A stretch of DNA of 64,000 nucleotides from Phoronis australis (Eukaryota; Animalia; Phoronida). The DNA lies in NCBI GenBank assembly GCA_002633005.1, contig NMRA01000032.1:724911-788910 (forward strand), in the 5' to 3' direction. The notes below the pieces were generated by a model. The model saw nothing but the letters and a program-made list of their open reading frames with translations, was not told where the DNA came from and ran no database searches. The translations under genes and the position numbers were made by a program. Shown here one piece after another: positions 31,757-44,693 of this stretch (its first letter is position 1; each line of letters starts with the position of its first letter).

Positions 31757-33841
31757 CCAAACATTATCCAGCCAGCTAGTTGTATGAAGACTATGATCGT
31801 CAAAATACAGCTAGGTACCACTGTGTGTGTGTTCAGCGCCGATAGACCTTGAAATTGCAGAGAGCCTGGATAGTTGTGCTCATCACCTCGTCATGAAACT
31901 TATATCAACATATAGAGCTAAAGACCAGCGGGGGTGCATGTAAAATTTGAGAGTCAATCGACTCTCATCTTGCCTGTTACAGCCAATAAAGTGAAAAACA
32001 ATCTAGTAAACGCCATTTTCTTGCGTAATTCTCCGCTTCTGGTAACAAAAAAGTTATTTCGTCATTTTGAAAATAGTACACTCTGAAATAGGGACTGCTC
32101 GAAGAAAAAGTTTGATAACGGGAGTATTTGTTCGAGTTGGAAGGAATTAAACACATCAACAACCTCCTAAGGTGTTCCTCTATGTGCAAAAGGTATTTGT
32201 AATAACGTGACTATGATGGTTTAGTCGGTGCGAGGCATAATTCGCCGAAAAGCTTCCGGCGTACAGAGCGCCTATAGGAGCTGCATCGCCTCTGGTTCGG
32301 GCCAACAGAGGCGATGGTCATTGCCCAAAGCCGACGCAAAGCACGCTAAACAATTTTAGCGGCAGAATAACAGTAGAACGCCAAGTTTTCCAAAACCGAT
32401 AAATAATTTAAGGTACTCAAAGAAAACACAAGTAAAGACACTAATTTTGTGTTAAATTTTATCTGCTCAGATTTTTTACCCACAGGCGCAAAGCTGTATA
32501 TTTAATACAGTTTTGGGCTCTAGTCGGATATTATGCCGTGGACCCTGATTTAGAGAACCAGGCAATCACTGAATAACAACCATTATTTAGTGGACGAAAC
32601 TGGTTCTCCAATTCAGGGTCCATTATATCCCACTATCACCCAGTTTTGTATCGTCCACGGCGAACACGGATACCCAAACTTTACATACTGGGAAGTTGCA
32701 CCCCATCCCTGCGACACATCCCCAGTATCTCTACAACATTGACTGCTCCCAAGGGTCAGGATCTGAGCTACTGACACTGTCAGCGACCTTCACAGTCATC
32801 TGCCGTTGAAACACAGGTCTACAAAATCTAGCAACACCTGGACATGCTGGACCAAGCCAAACCTCATGACTTCATCAGTTTTCAAGCAACTACATTCAGC
32901 GTCAGCACTATTACGAGTGCCAATAATAAATTAAGTTACAACAACGAATACTAAAACGAACCTCGTCATGATGAAGCTTGTGAAACTCTCCGGTCATTAA
33001 AAACGGCGAGTAAATGGAAGCAATGTGAGCAAGGAGTTAAAGTGTAACCAACAAAAGAGTTCAGACTGTCGCGGCCATGATGCCTGAAAATCAGTCTCAA
33101 TTACAAAAATATTGATGTTGAATGATTCTAAAACACTTAAATTAGTAATCTATTTTGAGCATATGCACGCTAATATTGATATAATTGCTTAATTTTTGGT
33201 TAAAATTGATGATTTAAGGATAAATTTACGTATACATTCAACACTAGTATAAAAATACTGGTTTTGAGCTTAAAATGAACTGGAACATGTCAAAAGTGAG
33301 GATAGTCAAATTTTTCAATTAAAAAATAAAATTATGTCATTTTGTGCAATATGTAACAAATAACATTGTTTTATTTGCAAATTTTATGTTTTTTAATTTT
33401 TTTGGATTTCTATTGCCAAATATATGATCGTTTTTGATAACTTTTACATACACTCGCAATGTTTTGGTTCAAAGGTTAACTCATCAGGCCACCGTCCTGA
33501 CGTCGAAATTGTTGTCGAAGTGATAATGAATTTTTACGTTCTCTTTAACTCACATCTCTTTCAGAAATGATTGACTTTGTTTATTGGATAAAGGCGTATC
33601 TCTTGGAGAGTGCAGAAGGATGGGTAGTCGCAGTCAAATCTCATATTTTGCGTGTTCTTTTGAGCCTGATCATTCTCGTGATTTTGCTATGGATTTCAGT
33701 ATTCTCGTATGGAAGTTTCTACTATCTCTATATGCCAACAGTATCTTACACCAAGCCAGTAAATTTCCAGTTTAGACCACCTTTGAGGTAATTGAATAGT
33801 TTTGCAATGTGATTGAATTGTTTGTTGGTCTTCTGTAATGA
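31757..33841. repeat. ~2.1-kb second copy of 29647-31755 (probable uncollapsed haplotype)
   Basis: Near-identical sequence restarting exactly at the N (31756); differs by SNPs and one ~250-bp non-homologous block. Confidence 0.85.
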
Positions 33842-36800
33842 GCAATTTTCCGTTTTCATGTCCTTGAATAATCTTTTTTCAACTGGGCCACGGTAATCAT
33901 GGTAGTGATTTGCAAATTGAGGCTAAATTTGGATGTCAATTCAGTCTGGCATCATGACTCTCAAGCCAGTTATATCTACCATGGTTGAATTAGTTATTAA
34001 AACCAGATGGAACTACAGTACACAGGCCCATACAAATTTGTATTCGTCAAATTACCCCCCCCCCCCTTCCTATTGCCTATTTTGAACGATGGTGCGTCAG
34101 TCATCACGTGATCTGTATGCATGGGAATTGCAAAGACTGTCTGTCCAAGTTAATGAACAATGCGTTTCATTTGATTTGTTTAAGGACTTAAAATTTCTTT
34201 TCGATCTACAGTTTGTGAATTTAAAACACTGATCTTGCTCCTAGTCCTAAGCCAGTAAACATTCATTTATTGTCATTTTGAATTGTTAGAACATTTTGCG
34301 ACAATTTGTAGAGTTGTCTGACATTCATCAATATCCTTGAGACTTATTTCACGTAGATAAAGATCGTTTAGTGTACTTTGCTATTTGGGGATTGGTTGAT
34401 AGATCGAATTTTCACAATGTCAGTCTATAACTCGAAGTTCACTGAAGCATTGTCATTAGCTTCTGTTTGTCAAAAAATTATCTATTAATCAGTAGATTTT
34501 CATAGATACACGAACGTGTAAATTAGAAACCAACAAATTTGTTCTTTTTCCAAACAATAGGCAATACCAAAGACATGCTGGAAGACTCTCGATGGGCAAC
34601 TGACGGGGGGGGGGGACATGGGAGACAGCACATCCCACAGTGTTTGGGGTCCTCCCAAGAAGTTTTCAGAATTTTTTCCTTTTCATGTGTATTTTTATTC
34701 ATCCTAGAGGTAGCTATTGCAGTTAATGATTTAAACTTGATCATCTAAAATCACTGAAATCTTTGTATACAATTGCCTGTACATGCACATTTCTTTGAAT
34801 ACCTTAATCCATTAGACAAGTGTACTTTGTACAGTCATCAAAAATTTCTACCACCAGCGCAGTATCCATCTACATGTGTGAGTTTCATATAAGCCTCTAG
34901 TAACTATCTTCACAATACTTATTCTTAAAAATGATGTCATAAGAAAAAGTAGCGTCATGTTATCATTATGAAACCTTTGGAAATATCACTATTATGTAAT
35001 TCACAGTGACCTCACTAGTTCTGCAAACTCATCCAGCCTTTCCGTGGTGGTTTATCCTAATATATTCTTCAATACAATCGTTTTTAATTGTTTGGGCCAA
35101 ATGTCTTGATATTGCTGTGCTTTGCACAAATTTGTTTGGTATGTTTTCCTTAATATTGGACTCTTTATCTTCTTCACCTCATGAATAGTTGACAGTGTTG
35201 GGTTTACAGAGGCTCATAAAAGGTGCAGTTACCTACTTAGGAAGGACCTCATCTGAATGGGAACCCTTAATATAAAACGTCGGATGTCATTAAACTTGGA
35301 AAAGAGCGACGACATATTCCATCATTCAGTGACCTGCCAAAAAGTGGCCTAGCTTCTTTAACAGAAAAAGTTGTACGAATTCACAAGAACAGGAAAATAG
35401 AAGCAATCGATTCCATGAGCAATGCACTTACTTTCATGTAATGACTTAATTGCTTTCTGATCTCCTGTTTGTGGGTGTAAACCACAAATATTGTTACCTC
35501 AGTCAAAAACATTGCATTCATATCTGAATTGTGATTACATTTTTGGGACACTCTGTAAATCTGTCCGAATTTCATCAATGTCTTTGTGAGTTTTTTAGAT
35601 AGGCAAAAATCGTCTGAGTGTACTTTGCTATTTGGGAATCAGATTATAGAGATTTTCCCAACTTCAGGCTGCAACTAAATTCACCAAACGTCATCAATTC
35701 TTACAATATTAGCTTCAGTTGCCAAAAAAATCATCCATGAATCTGTCAATTTTCGTAAACATATTAACAAGTAAATCAAAATCCAATGAATTTGTTTATC
35801 GTGTCATCAAGGATATTGCATTATTCTCCAGGTTTTGTTTCTCATACTTATTCTGAGAAGTTAAAGCTCAGCTTACGTATTTTTGTTCGCATTTAGCACA
35901 TTCTTCTATTTTTTTCAGTAGTGACTGTGGTGCTGTTGCTTATAAAAGAGATACATCTGACTACATGTGTTCATTTCCAACTGCTAATCTATCGTTACTT
36001 GGCCATGGGCAAGATTGGGTAAGAAACCACTAAAAAGGTTACCAAAGCTGGTTTTGCCTTATTAGCTGATACTAAAGACAACTTTCCTGTCCAGTTCTCT
36101 GAAGCACAGTAATGCTCTGTAACCCTCGATAACCCTCAAAACCTTTCAAAGTCTGCTTAACGGGCAAGCTTGACTTTCGTTTTTAGAGAATTACATGGTA
36201 ACTGTGTGAAAAGACCACCCACCAAGAACCACAATGTCCAATTTGTGAGATAGGGGGTATGAATTTTGAGTTGATTTCTGCTAAGATTCATGCCAGTGAT
36301 GCATCAGCAGGTGACAGAACTAGGATTGGTTGAAATCACCAAAACATGGTTCAGTATCGTTTTATAAAATTAACACAGTGTTGTCCAATGATTTTCTTTC
36401 AACCAGCTATATGCATTTTGTCTTTGTTAGTTGGCATTAGGGCGTTCTCCAGTTCAGTGACTTTACCAGATGTAGAGGAGTTGTGAGTGTGTGTGATAAC
36501 ATCTAGCCTCCTTTGTTAACTGCTGAGCACAGTCTTTTGTCTGGTATGAAAACATGCAGGCCAATTATCTACCAGGCCAAACCCAGTGCAAATTGTTATG
36601 TTTGGAAAGAATAGATTGTCATAAGTTTGATTGTAGTGGGGCGATTTTAGTGATTCAAAAACTAAACATGATCTGCATTTGTCCAGAAATTCAGAAATGC
36701 TATTGGTTTGTGTTCAAATATGTTATAGGTTATCTCCAACCTAATTCACAAAAAATGGCCATTTTTAACAGCCTAGCCCAGTTAGGCTAGATAGGATCTT

Positions 36801-39800
36801 ATGGGAGATTAGAGCAATTATTGAACAAAAGAGAACTGGCCCTCCAACCCTAAATGCCAGAATGGAGTTAATCAGTCGTGTAAGGTACTGGCTACAGGGG
36901 TGATCCTCCCAACTTGTTGTTGGGCTATAGAATCGAACAAGTTGGGCTCAACCAGGAAAACGGGAGAACGCCGTAATGGGTAATTAATGACTGAAGTATT
37001 TATTCCAGGGCATTTTCCTGTTTTGGAGTGGTGTGTGCCAGCAAAGTGTTGAAATATCTACCCTATTACAGACATTTCCCAAGAACTCCACTGTCAGAAA
37101 TGAAGATAGTATCTACATTCCTTGAAATGTGAATTTTGACTGCTGAGCTCTCGAGCTAAAATGCCTTAAAGAAAAATTCCAGACACAGCATTGTTGGAAA
37201 TGAAATAAAAAAACAGAATTTTGCATGTTTCTTGTAAAAAAATTATGTTCGTGGATAATCCGACGATCTCTGTGAAAATCTTTTCGAGAAAAAACATTCT
37301 CGTGTGATTTGAAACTTCTGTGCCTTGTATTCGTGTATGTAATAAGACGCTGTGATTAATATCAATGATTTCAATGAAATATAATTTTATCAGTCTACTA
37401 TTAATTCTATGGAGATTTTTAATTTATAATTTGTTGTCAGCTGATGGTGAAAGGACAAGGTTATCGAGTGTCAGTTGAGCTGGATATGCCAGAATCTCCA
37501 AATAATCAAGAAATGGGAATGTTCCTTGTGAAGATGGAGGCTTACGCCAGGGATGGCACTATAGTCAGGTCCTCGCAGAGATCAGTACGTTATTTGACTG
37601 TTTATTCACACCTGTAGTTATTTTATTGCAGACTCGTTCTTCCAGTGAAAGTCAGTTGAAGTTGTGTGCGTTTCTCATGTGAATGTTGAACTGACGCAGT
37701 GTGACTGTTCAAGTTAAAACTTCCATTCAAATCTTTTGGCCAGTTGTTCATGACTTTGTACCAAACTATTTGTAGTTTATGCACCGCTTTTGTCCACAGT
37801 TATTTACCTTCATTCTTGCCTGTTACTTGTTTTTATTTAATTCAGTTGTTACATTCATTACCAAAAATTGACATGAGTTATGAGATTTTTGGTAAATGTT
37901 ACTCTGCTATTTCTTTGGTTGTCTTACCTGTGTATACCTGTGTATAACAGTTTTTGGCTACCGGGGGTATTATGTATTTGTCAATTTCGCTATGAGAACA
38001 TCTGTGTTACACACATTGTTAATTGTAAATCCTTATTTTATACATAAATACCCATGTGAGAAAACAATTCTTAAACATGTTGAAATTGACAAATACTTCA
38101 CTATTACACTGAGCACAGTCATGTATTTAACAGGACTGGTGAAAGGGAATTAGCATTTCAATTTCTTTGCAGGCCATGTTGCGGTATCGTTCGCTATTTC
38201 TTCAGACAATTGAAACGTTGTGCTTCACTCCATTCTTACTCTCAGGGATTACAGAACAAAAACAGCTGATAACTGTAGAACTGTTTGACAACTTCATGGA
38301 AGATGCGGTAGGGATCATGAAGTAATACAATAAACTGTCACCAATTTAAGGCATAATATGGTGGACAAGTGAAATTTTAATTTCCTAATATTTTTCCATA
38401 GAAAATAATATGTGTTTAAGCTCTGTACCATGGCTGTCAGATTTTGAAAAATTGTGGGCATTTGCAATACTGTTAGAAGTACTGGAAAATGAAAAAAGAG
38501 CAATTTTAGCAGTTATTGTCATCCAAAATTGGTGAGATTTTATGGTATTCAGTAACGGTGTGTGTAGTAGTGGACACATGCATATACTGAGAGCTTGGAG
38601 TTGTCTGGTAGTGAAGGGGTGTGGCTGGCACATGTGCATATACTGAGAGCTTGGAGTTGTCTGGTAGTGAAGGGGTGTGGCTGGCACATGTGCATATACT
38701 GAGAGCTTGGAGTTGTCTGGTAGTGAAGGGGTGTGGCTGGCACATGTGCATATACTGAGAGCTTGGAGTTGTCTGGTAGTAAAGGGGTGTGGCTGGCTGG
38801 CAATTTGAGGTTCCCATACTCATTTAACACTTACATGTAAGAAGCATGAAAACTGGGGTGGACTATAAGATGAAGTTAACACGGTCATTACTAAATGTTA
38901 GTCAAGCCTGGCCATGTCTACTTCAAATAATTTCTCAATCAGTAGTTAAAGTCTTAATGATCCATAACCTGTGTGAATAGAGGAAAGCATTTCAGTGCTC
39001 GACACCTAACTTGATGCCAAGTCACATTTGGCGACTTGGTGAAAATATCAATTAAGTCGCCGAACGAAATCTGAGGTCGCCAAAACTGAAGTTAAAATCA
39101 TCAACTATGTAAAAAGGTCATTCTATCTCTAAATCAATTCCTGATGAAGAAGAATGCTAGTGGCGTGTGTTCATGGTATGATCTTGCTCGATTTTTGCCA
39201 AACAATTCCGATGTCCGTCTCTTTTCTTCCTGTTGTAATTTAAGTGTGTGTTTGATATGTGCTGACTACAAAAAAAATGCATGGATTTCACAAAATAAAC
39301 TGATCAATCGGGAACTAAAAGTATTAAAGCTAGGAAAACTGTTAGCAATTTAAAGGTCAGAAGTCACAACAAAATTTAAACGACTTTCGAAGGAATTACT
39401 GCCTGACTTTGATACTCGCTGTGGCGACTTCTTGGCGTCTTTGGATTTTTCCCAGGTTGCCAAATACAACCTGAAGTCACATTAGCGACCTGCAGGTAGC
39501 CAAATCAATCAATGCATTTTCATGTCTGCAGTTTTATCAGTAAATGTCTGCTTTTTACATTCTAGTTTAAACCTACAGCAGGAGTCATCATTGTACTTCA
39601 AAGCTACAAAATTCAGTTATACTCAGCCGTTCTGAAAATACATGCTCAGTTCACTGGATTGAGGTAAGAATTTTTGGTGGTAAATTAATTGTATTGTCTA
39701 CGTAAGCTAACAAATAATAAAACTTAGCTGTGACTTGCTTCAACTGACAGTTCTTGTCAATACAGTAAAACTTGCATGTGAGGGATCCAACTGGACTGAG

Positions 39801-42800
39801 AGATTTCATCCGAGTTGGATGAAATTTTAGAGTGTGCACAACACATTTTACCTAGTTCATGTATACTTTAGTGTTCAGTCGGCATACTCTGATTATTTTC
39901 AAGGTGCTGAGTAGTCAAAACTACTTGTAATAAAAAACATCTCCTAACTCTTTGTACCACGATTGTTTTTTGCAACAATTTTCTCAAGCAGCACCAACAT
40001 CGCACTTAAGCAACTTTTTTTTGTGTAGTCAGCCACGGAAATGTAGCATTTGGGTCAACTACTGCAAGGCTCACAAATGTATCTCAGCTTTGTGGGCATG
40101 TGGATCTTTAAGGTGCGTGGGTGTAGTTGTACAGTACATAATATTATATGCATTGGTGTTCTATTATCACTTTACGATATATATGCATGCACATATTTTT
40201 ATGACGTGCGTCTGATGCAGGTCATAAGTTGGAACTTGTCCAGAATGTCAATAGTTCATGGGCATTGTTGTAATGTGCTGTCTTTGGCTAAATTTGGCAT
40301 TTTGGAAGAGATTAGTAATGAGACGAACTCCGACTGAGGGTGGGGTAAAACACAGGAATTTATGTTAACGTATCTGCGAGTTTCTCCGAGTTGTATTCAA
40401 ATCCGTCTTAAGAACACTGTTTTACATGTAAAACTTTTTTAAAGAATCAGTGTGGTCTGACTTACGTGCGTTTCACTTTATGTTACATTCAACGTTCATT
40501 GCATTACCTTGCACTGATGAAGCCCATTTATTAAAAATGCAAGCAAGGTTTAAGTACTGGCCTTTTCCTACAGTCTGCATCTTTCATCGGTTTGGGAAAT
40601 CTTTCAAAGCCTCACAAACCATGCTTTCGTTCAAATTTGCGTGAATGTATCAGGTGTCACTATTATTTGGAGTTTTACTGTCAAGAATCTAAGTGGTATA
40701 TAATTTTATGTAGATCTACTATTTCCTAGATGGTTCTCTTTCTTGTGATGGTTGGGAGGGGGGGGGGTGCAATGGCACATGCAAACTCCAGCCAACTGAG
40801 AAAATGCGTATCTGATACAATACCGAATGATAAATTATCCTACTTGACAAAATACCATTACTGTTGCTAACACTTTCTCCAAATGTTGAAAAGGACTAAC
40901 GAATGTCTTGAAAACCAAAGGTTTCAGCAGTGTGCTTTGAGGAAAGACCACCTGATATTATCATCCTATGTAACTGCATTTACTGTGTATGTAGTGACTG
41001 TACTTCGGAAGCAAGTTTTCGGTTATACAGAATTTGTTAAATGCACGACACTTTTCATTGTTCACAGTCTTTATTCCGTTGCGTTCATACTTTCGGAACA
41101 AAACTCTACTCTCAACTGAACATAGATACAGTCACTGACCTAGCGACATAATTAAAAGACACACGATATTTCAAAACATACTTGTTTCATTCTCAAGTGA
41201 AGATGAAATGACGCAGTAATGCCACCACAGAGCATAAGCTGATGACACACACAGTGAGACACGGCGAGTGTGAAATACTGCAAAGAATGACTAAAGAATT
41301 GGGGTAACAGGAAGGTCACGCAAAGAAGTGTAACGTGCGGCGCGACCCTGTTTGCTGCTCATTCAAAATAGGCTTCTCAAAAGCAATTAAAAGGGACTCT
41401 AATACTTTCAAATTTCAAAGTATGAACGCAACGGAATAAAGACTGTGAACAATGAAGTGTCGTGCATTTAACAAATTCTATGTATGAAGTGGCAAGGTAT
41501 AAAGTCGCACCAATGAAGGAAACAAAATCGCCAACAAGTAAAATTTTATTTTGTCATTTTTTTCATGAAAGATCTATGTCCCATCAAATTATTGTTTTTC
41601 CATGTTCAAGTTTTTTATCATAACTACCTTCAGATAATGTTTTGAAAAAATGACCGTTCTAACAATATATTACAAGGAATGTCATTTTCAATAGAACACG
41701 TCTCCGTTTTCTTTTCTGTAGGTACATAATTTACCGCTGGCCAATCACGAGTGCGTTTGTCGGTATCTCCACCAACATGTTCTTCCTACTAACTATCGCC
41801 TTCTTCTCATGGTTCCGCTTCCTGTGGACAAAGACAGAGGGGCCAACGTTGGAGCGCATCGACTCGCGCAGGGTGCTGTTTGATCAGCCACTGCCTGACG
41901 AAGAGAGAAGGCGTAATATTGAGATGATGTCATTGGAGGATGAAGAGATGGAAGGTGGNTCAAAAAAATCGGTGATTTTGGGTATAGACTCTACCTGTTG
42001 GTTTTTATATGGAGTCACTCTTAAAGCTAGGAAAACTGTTAGCAATTTAGAGGTCAGAAGTCACAACAAAATTTAAACGAATTTCGAAGGAATTACTGTC
42101 TGACTTTGATACTCGCTGTGGCGACTTCTTGGCGTCTTTGGATTTTTCCCAGGTTGCCAAATACAACCTGAAGTCGCATTAACGACCTGCAGGTTGCCAA
42201 ATCGATCACTGCATTTTCATGTCTGCAGTTTTATCAGTAAATGTCTGCTTTGTACATTCTAGTTCAAACCTACAGCAGGAGTCATCATTGTACTTCAAAG
42301 CTACAAAATTCAGTTATACTCAGCCGTTTTGAAAATACATGCTCAGTTCACTGGATTGAGGTAAGAATTTTTGGTGGTAAATTAATTGTATTGTCTACGT
42401 AATCTAATAAATAATAAAACTTAGCTGCACAGGTGACTTGCTTCGACTGACGGTTCTTGTCAAAACAGTATAACTGTGTGTGAGATCCAACTGGACTGAG
42501 AGATTTCATCCGAGTTGGATGAAATTTTAAAATGTCAGTGTGCACAACACATTTTACCTAGTTCATGTATTCTTTAGTGTTCAGTCGGCATACTCTGATT
42601 ATTTTCAAGGTGCCGAGTAGTCAAAACTACTTATAATAAAAAACATCTCCTAACTCTTTGTACCACGATTGTTTTTTGCTACAATTTTCTCAAGCAGCAC
42701 CAATGTCGCACTTAAGCGACTTTTTGTGTGTAGTCAGCCACGGAAAAGTAGCATTTGGGTAAGCGGTCAACTACTGCAAGGCTTTGTGGGCACGTGGATC

Positions 42801-44693
42801 TTTAAGGTGCATACATTACCGAATGATGAATTATCCTACTTGACAAAATACCATTACTGTTGCTAACACTTTCGCCAAATGTTGAAAAGAACTAACGGAT
42901 GTCTTGAAAACCAAAGGTTTCAGCAGTGTGCTTTGAGGAAAGACCACCTGATATTATCATGCTATGTAACTGCATTTACTGTGTGTGTAGTGGCAAGGTA
43001 TAAAGTCGCACCAATAGAGGAAACAAAATCGCCAACACGTAAAATTTTGTTTTGTCATTTTTTTCATGAAGGATCTATATCCCATCAAATTATTGTTTTT
43101 CCATGTTCAAGTTTTTTATCATAAATACCTTCAGATAATGTTTGAAAAAATGACCGTTCTAACAATATAGTACAAGGAATGTCATTTTCAACAAAACATG
43201 TCTCCCTCTTCTTTTGTGTAGGTACATAATTTACCGCTGGCCAATCACGAGTGCTTTTGTCGGCATCTCCACCAACATGTTCTTCCTACTAACTATCGCC
43301 TTCTTCTCATGGTTCCGCTTCCTGTGGACAAAGACAGAGGGGCCAACGTTGGAGCGCATCGACTCGCGCAGGGTGCTGTTTGATCAGCCACTGCCTGACG
43401 AAGAGAGAAGGCGTAATATTGAGATGATGTCATTGGAGGATGAAGAGATGGAAGGTGGATACTGGTGCATTGTGGGAAGATACTGCTTTATGTAGATGTC
43501 ATCATGGGTCATTGCTTGCTACAGTTCATTTCTAGCATGCTGGATACCAGCAGTTTTAGGATTCTTAGGAAACTTCAATGTAAAATGCCAATATTCTGAG
43601 ATGTAATTATCTAGCCATTTGGCCTGCTGTTAAACCACAAACTCAAAACTTAGTAAATTAACTTGTCAGTCAAGTCGAAGACTTGTCTACCAGTTTGGGC
43701 CGAAAGTACTGAGCAGTGCACACATGGGGCGGCATGCAGCTGACATCGTCTTAAAAATTTTAAGAATTGTCAGATTTTTATTTGCCAATGTGGTCACAAA
43801 TTAAAAGGGTTGCATCAATTAGTAATGGCCTCATATTATGGAAGTTTGAAGATGCATGAATTTTTGCTAGTTATTCCTTGTAAATTGCTTTGGATGATCT
43901 TAAATGGTTGGATCAAATCAGCTTTGACGAATTAAGTTAGGTTGACTTTCATTTGTAGTGCAAGCAGCTTTCTAGTCTAGTTCACATTAACGTTTTGTTT
44001 TCAAATTGGTTATTTCAAAAATTAACTAAGTCAAGTACTTAGGTCTCCGGCCCATATACAGGCATAAAAGTAGCAAATAGAAGCGTGTGATCAACAAAGT
44101 GGTTGACACAATACAGACTATTAACTGTGCTCAATAAAAACTTGGTGAACGAAACGAGCTAAGTTCCAAACGTGGCAAGACTTCATCAAAATAAATGAAG
44201 AGTTCATCATCGAAGTTATTAATATTACCACAAATACCAAACTTTCTTCTATAAAGTTCTTCATACACTAGACACTCTATTAAAACGTGTTTCACATCCT
44301 CGACAGTGTCAGAACAGAAAGAGCGGAAATGCTGATCTCTAGTTACGGCACCCAAGTGTCAGCCAGTTTCAATTTTTGGATTTGAACATCTAAAACGTGC
44401 AAGAGCCGCGATTAAATATTTTTGTCTAGACATCTTGCATATTCTTCACAAAGGAAAAAAGGGACAAATTTAATGTTACCAGTGTGCGATTTTGTGTTTC
44501 AGAATCGTCACAGTCCAGCAATTCCTCTTCTCCGGAGACAATAGAGGCGAGTCCAACGGAACGTAGCATACCAGAGGAGGGACAGAAGTCCTCTAGTGAA
44601 GAAGATACGGTGGTGATACATAGAGGAGATTTGGAGGCGGAGTCAGAGAGTTCATTGAGGTTACGACAGACGAGAGCATCACTGTCTGTGTGA
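33567..44693 (+). CDS. BSCL2: Seipin (lipid-droplet biogenesis ER protein), ~373 aa, 7 coding exons
   Basis: Exons: 33567-33787 (TM1, [17 protein letters not shown]), 35919-36018 ([10 protein letters not shown]), 37441-37584 ([26 protein letters not shown]), 38173-38307 (MLRYRS...[11 protein letters not shown]), 39566-39663 [copy 42263-42360] ([18 protein letters not shown]), 41722-41954 [copy 43222-43454] ([17 protein letters not shown]2), 44503-44693 (acidic/Ser tail ending [12 protein letters not shown]). Phases are consistent. Confidence 0.94.
38575..38797. repeat. Minisatellite, 56-bp unit, about 4 copies
   Basis: Unit CACATGTGCATATACTGAGAGCTTGGAGTTGTCTGGTAGTGAAGGGGTGTGGCTGG; TACTGAG recurs at 38585, 38641, 38697 and 38753. 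Confidence 0.95.
38993..39514. mobile_element. ~520-bp TIR element with 5-bp TSD in a seipin intron
   Basis: Termini CAGTGCTCGA...TCAATCAATG (TCGATCACTG in the second copy at ~42202-42211), repeated GGCGAC/GTCGCC subterminal motifs, CATTT on both flanks. Confidence 0.7.
41026..41484. mobile_element. MITE with ~65-bp TIRs, absent from the duplicate haplotype
   Basis: CAGAATTTGTTAAATGCACGACAC...TTGCGTTCATACTTT (41028-41093) is inverted at ~41417-41480. The homologous site near 42985 lacks it. Confidence 0.8.
42022..43458. repeat. Second copy of ~39325-41958 including seipin exons 5-6 (probable uncollapsed haplotype)
   Basis: Begins shortly after the N at 41959. The four exonic differences seen are synonymous (TTT/TTC, CTG/TTG, GCG/GCT, GGT/GGC); the intron has large indels. 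Confidence 0.85.
44140..44425 (-). mobile_element. 3' remnant of a non-LTR retrotransposon ORF2 (C-terminal zinc-knuckle region)
   Basis: Translation [18 protein letters not shown]...[22 protein letters not shown] resembles the RFR.S.H...IE.GR...C..C...EDE.H.L..C..Y motif at LINE ORF2 C-termini; contains an in-frame stop. Confidence 0.7.

Noticed and set aside
31481-33791. Two seipin paralogs or true exon duplication
   Set aside because: Matching copies with the breakpoint exactly at a single-N join; best explained as an assembly or haplotype overlap.
38575-38797. CRISPR-like array or repetitive protein ORFs (38385-38830)
   Set aside because: Contiguous 56-bp units without unique spacers in a eukaryotic intron; an ordinary minisatellite.
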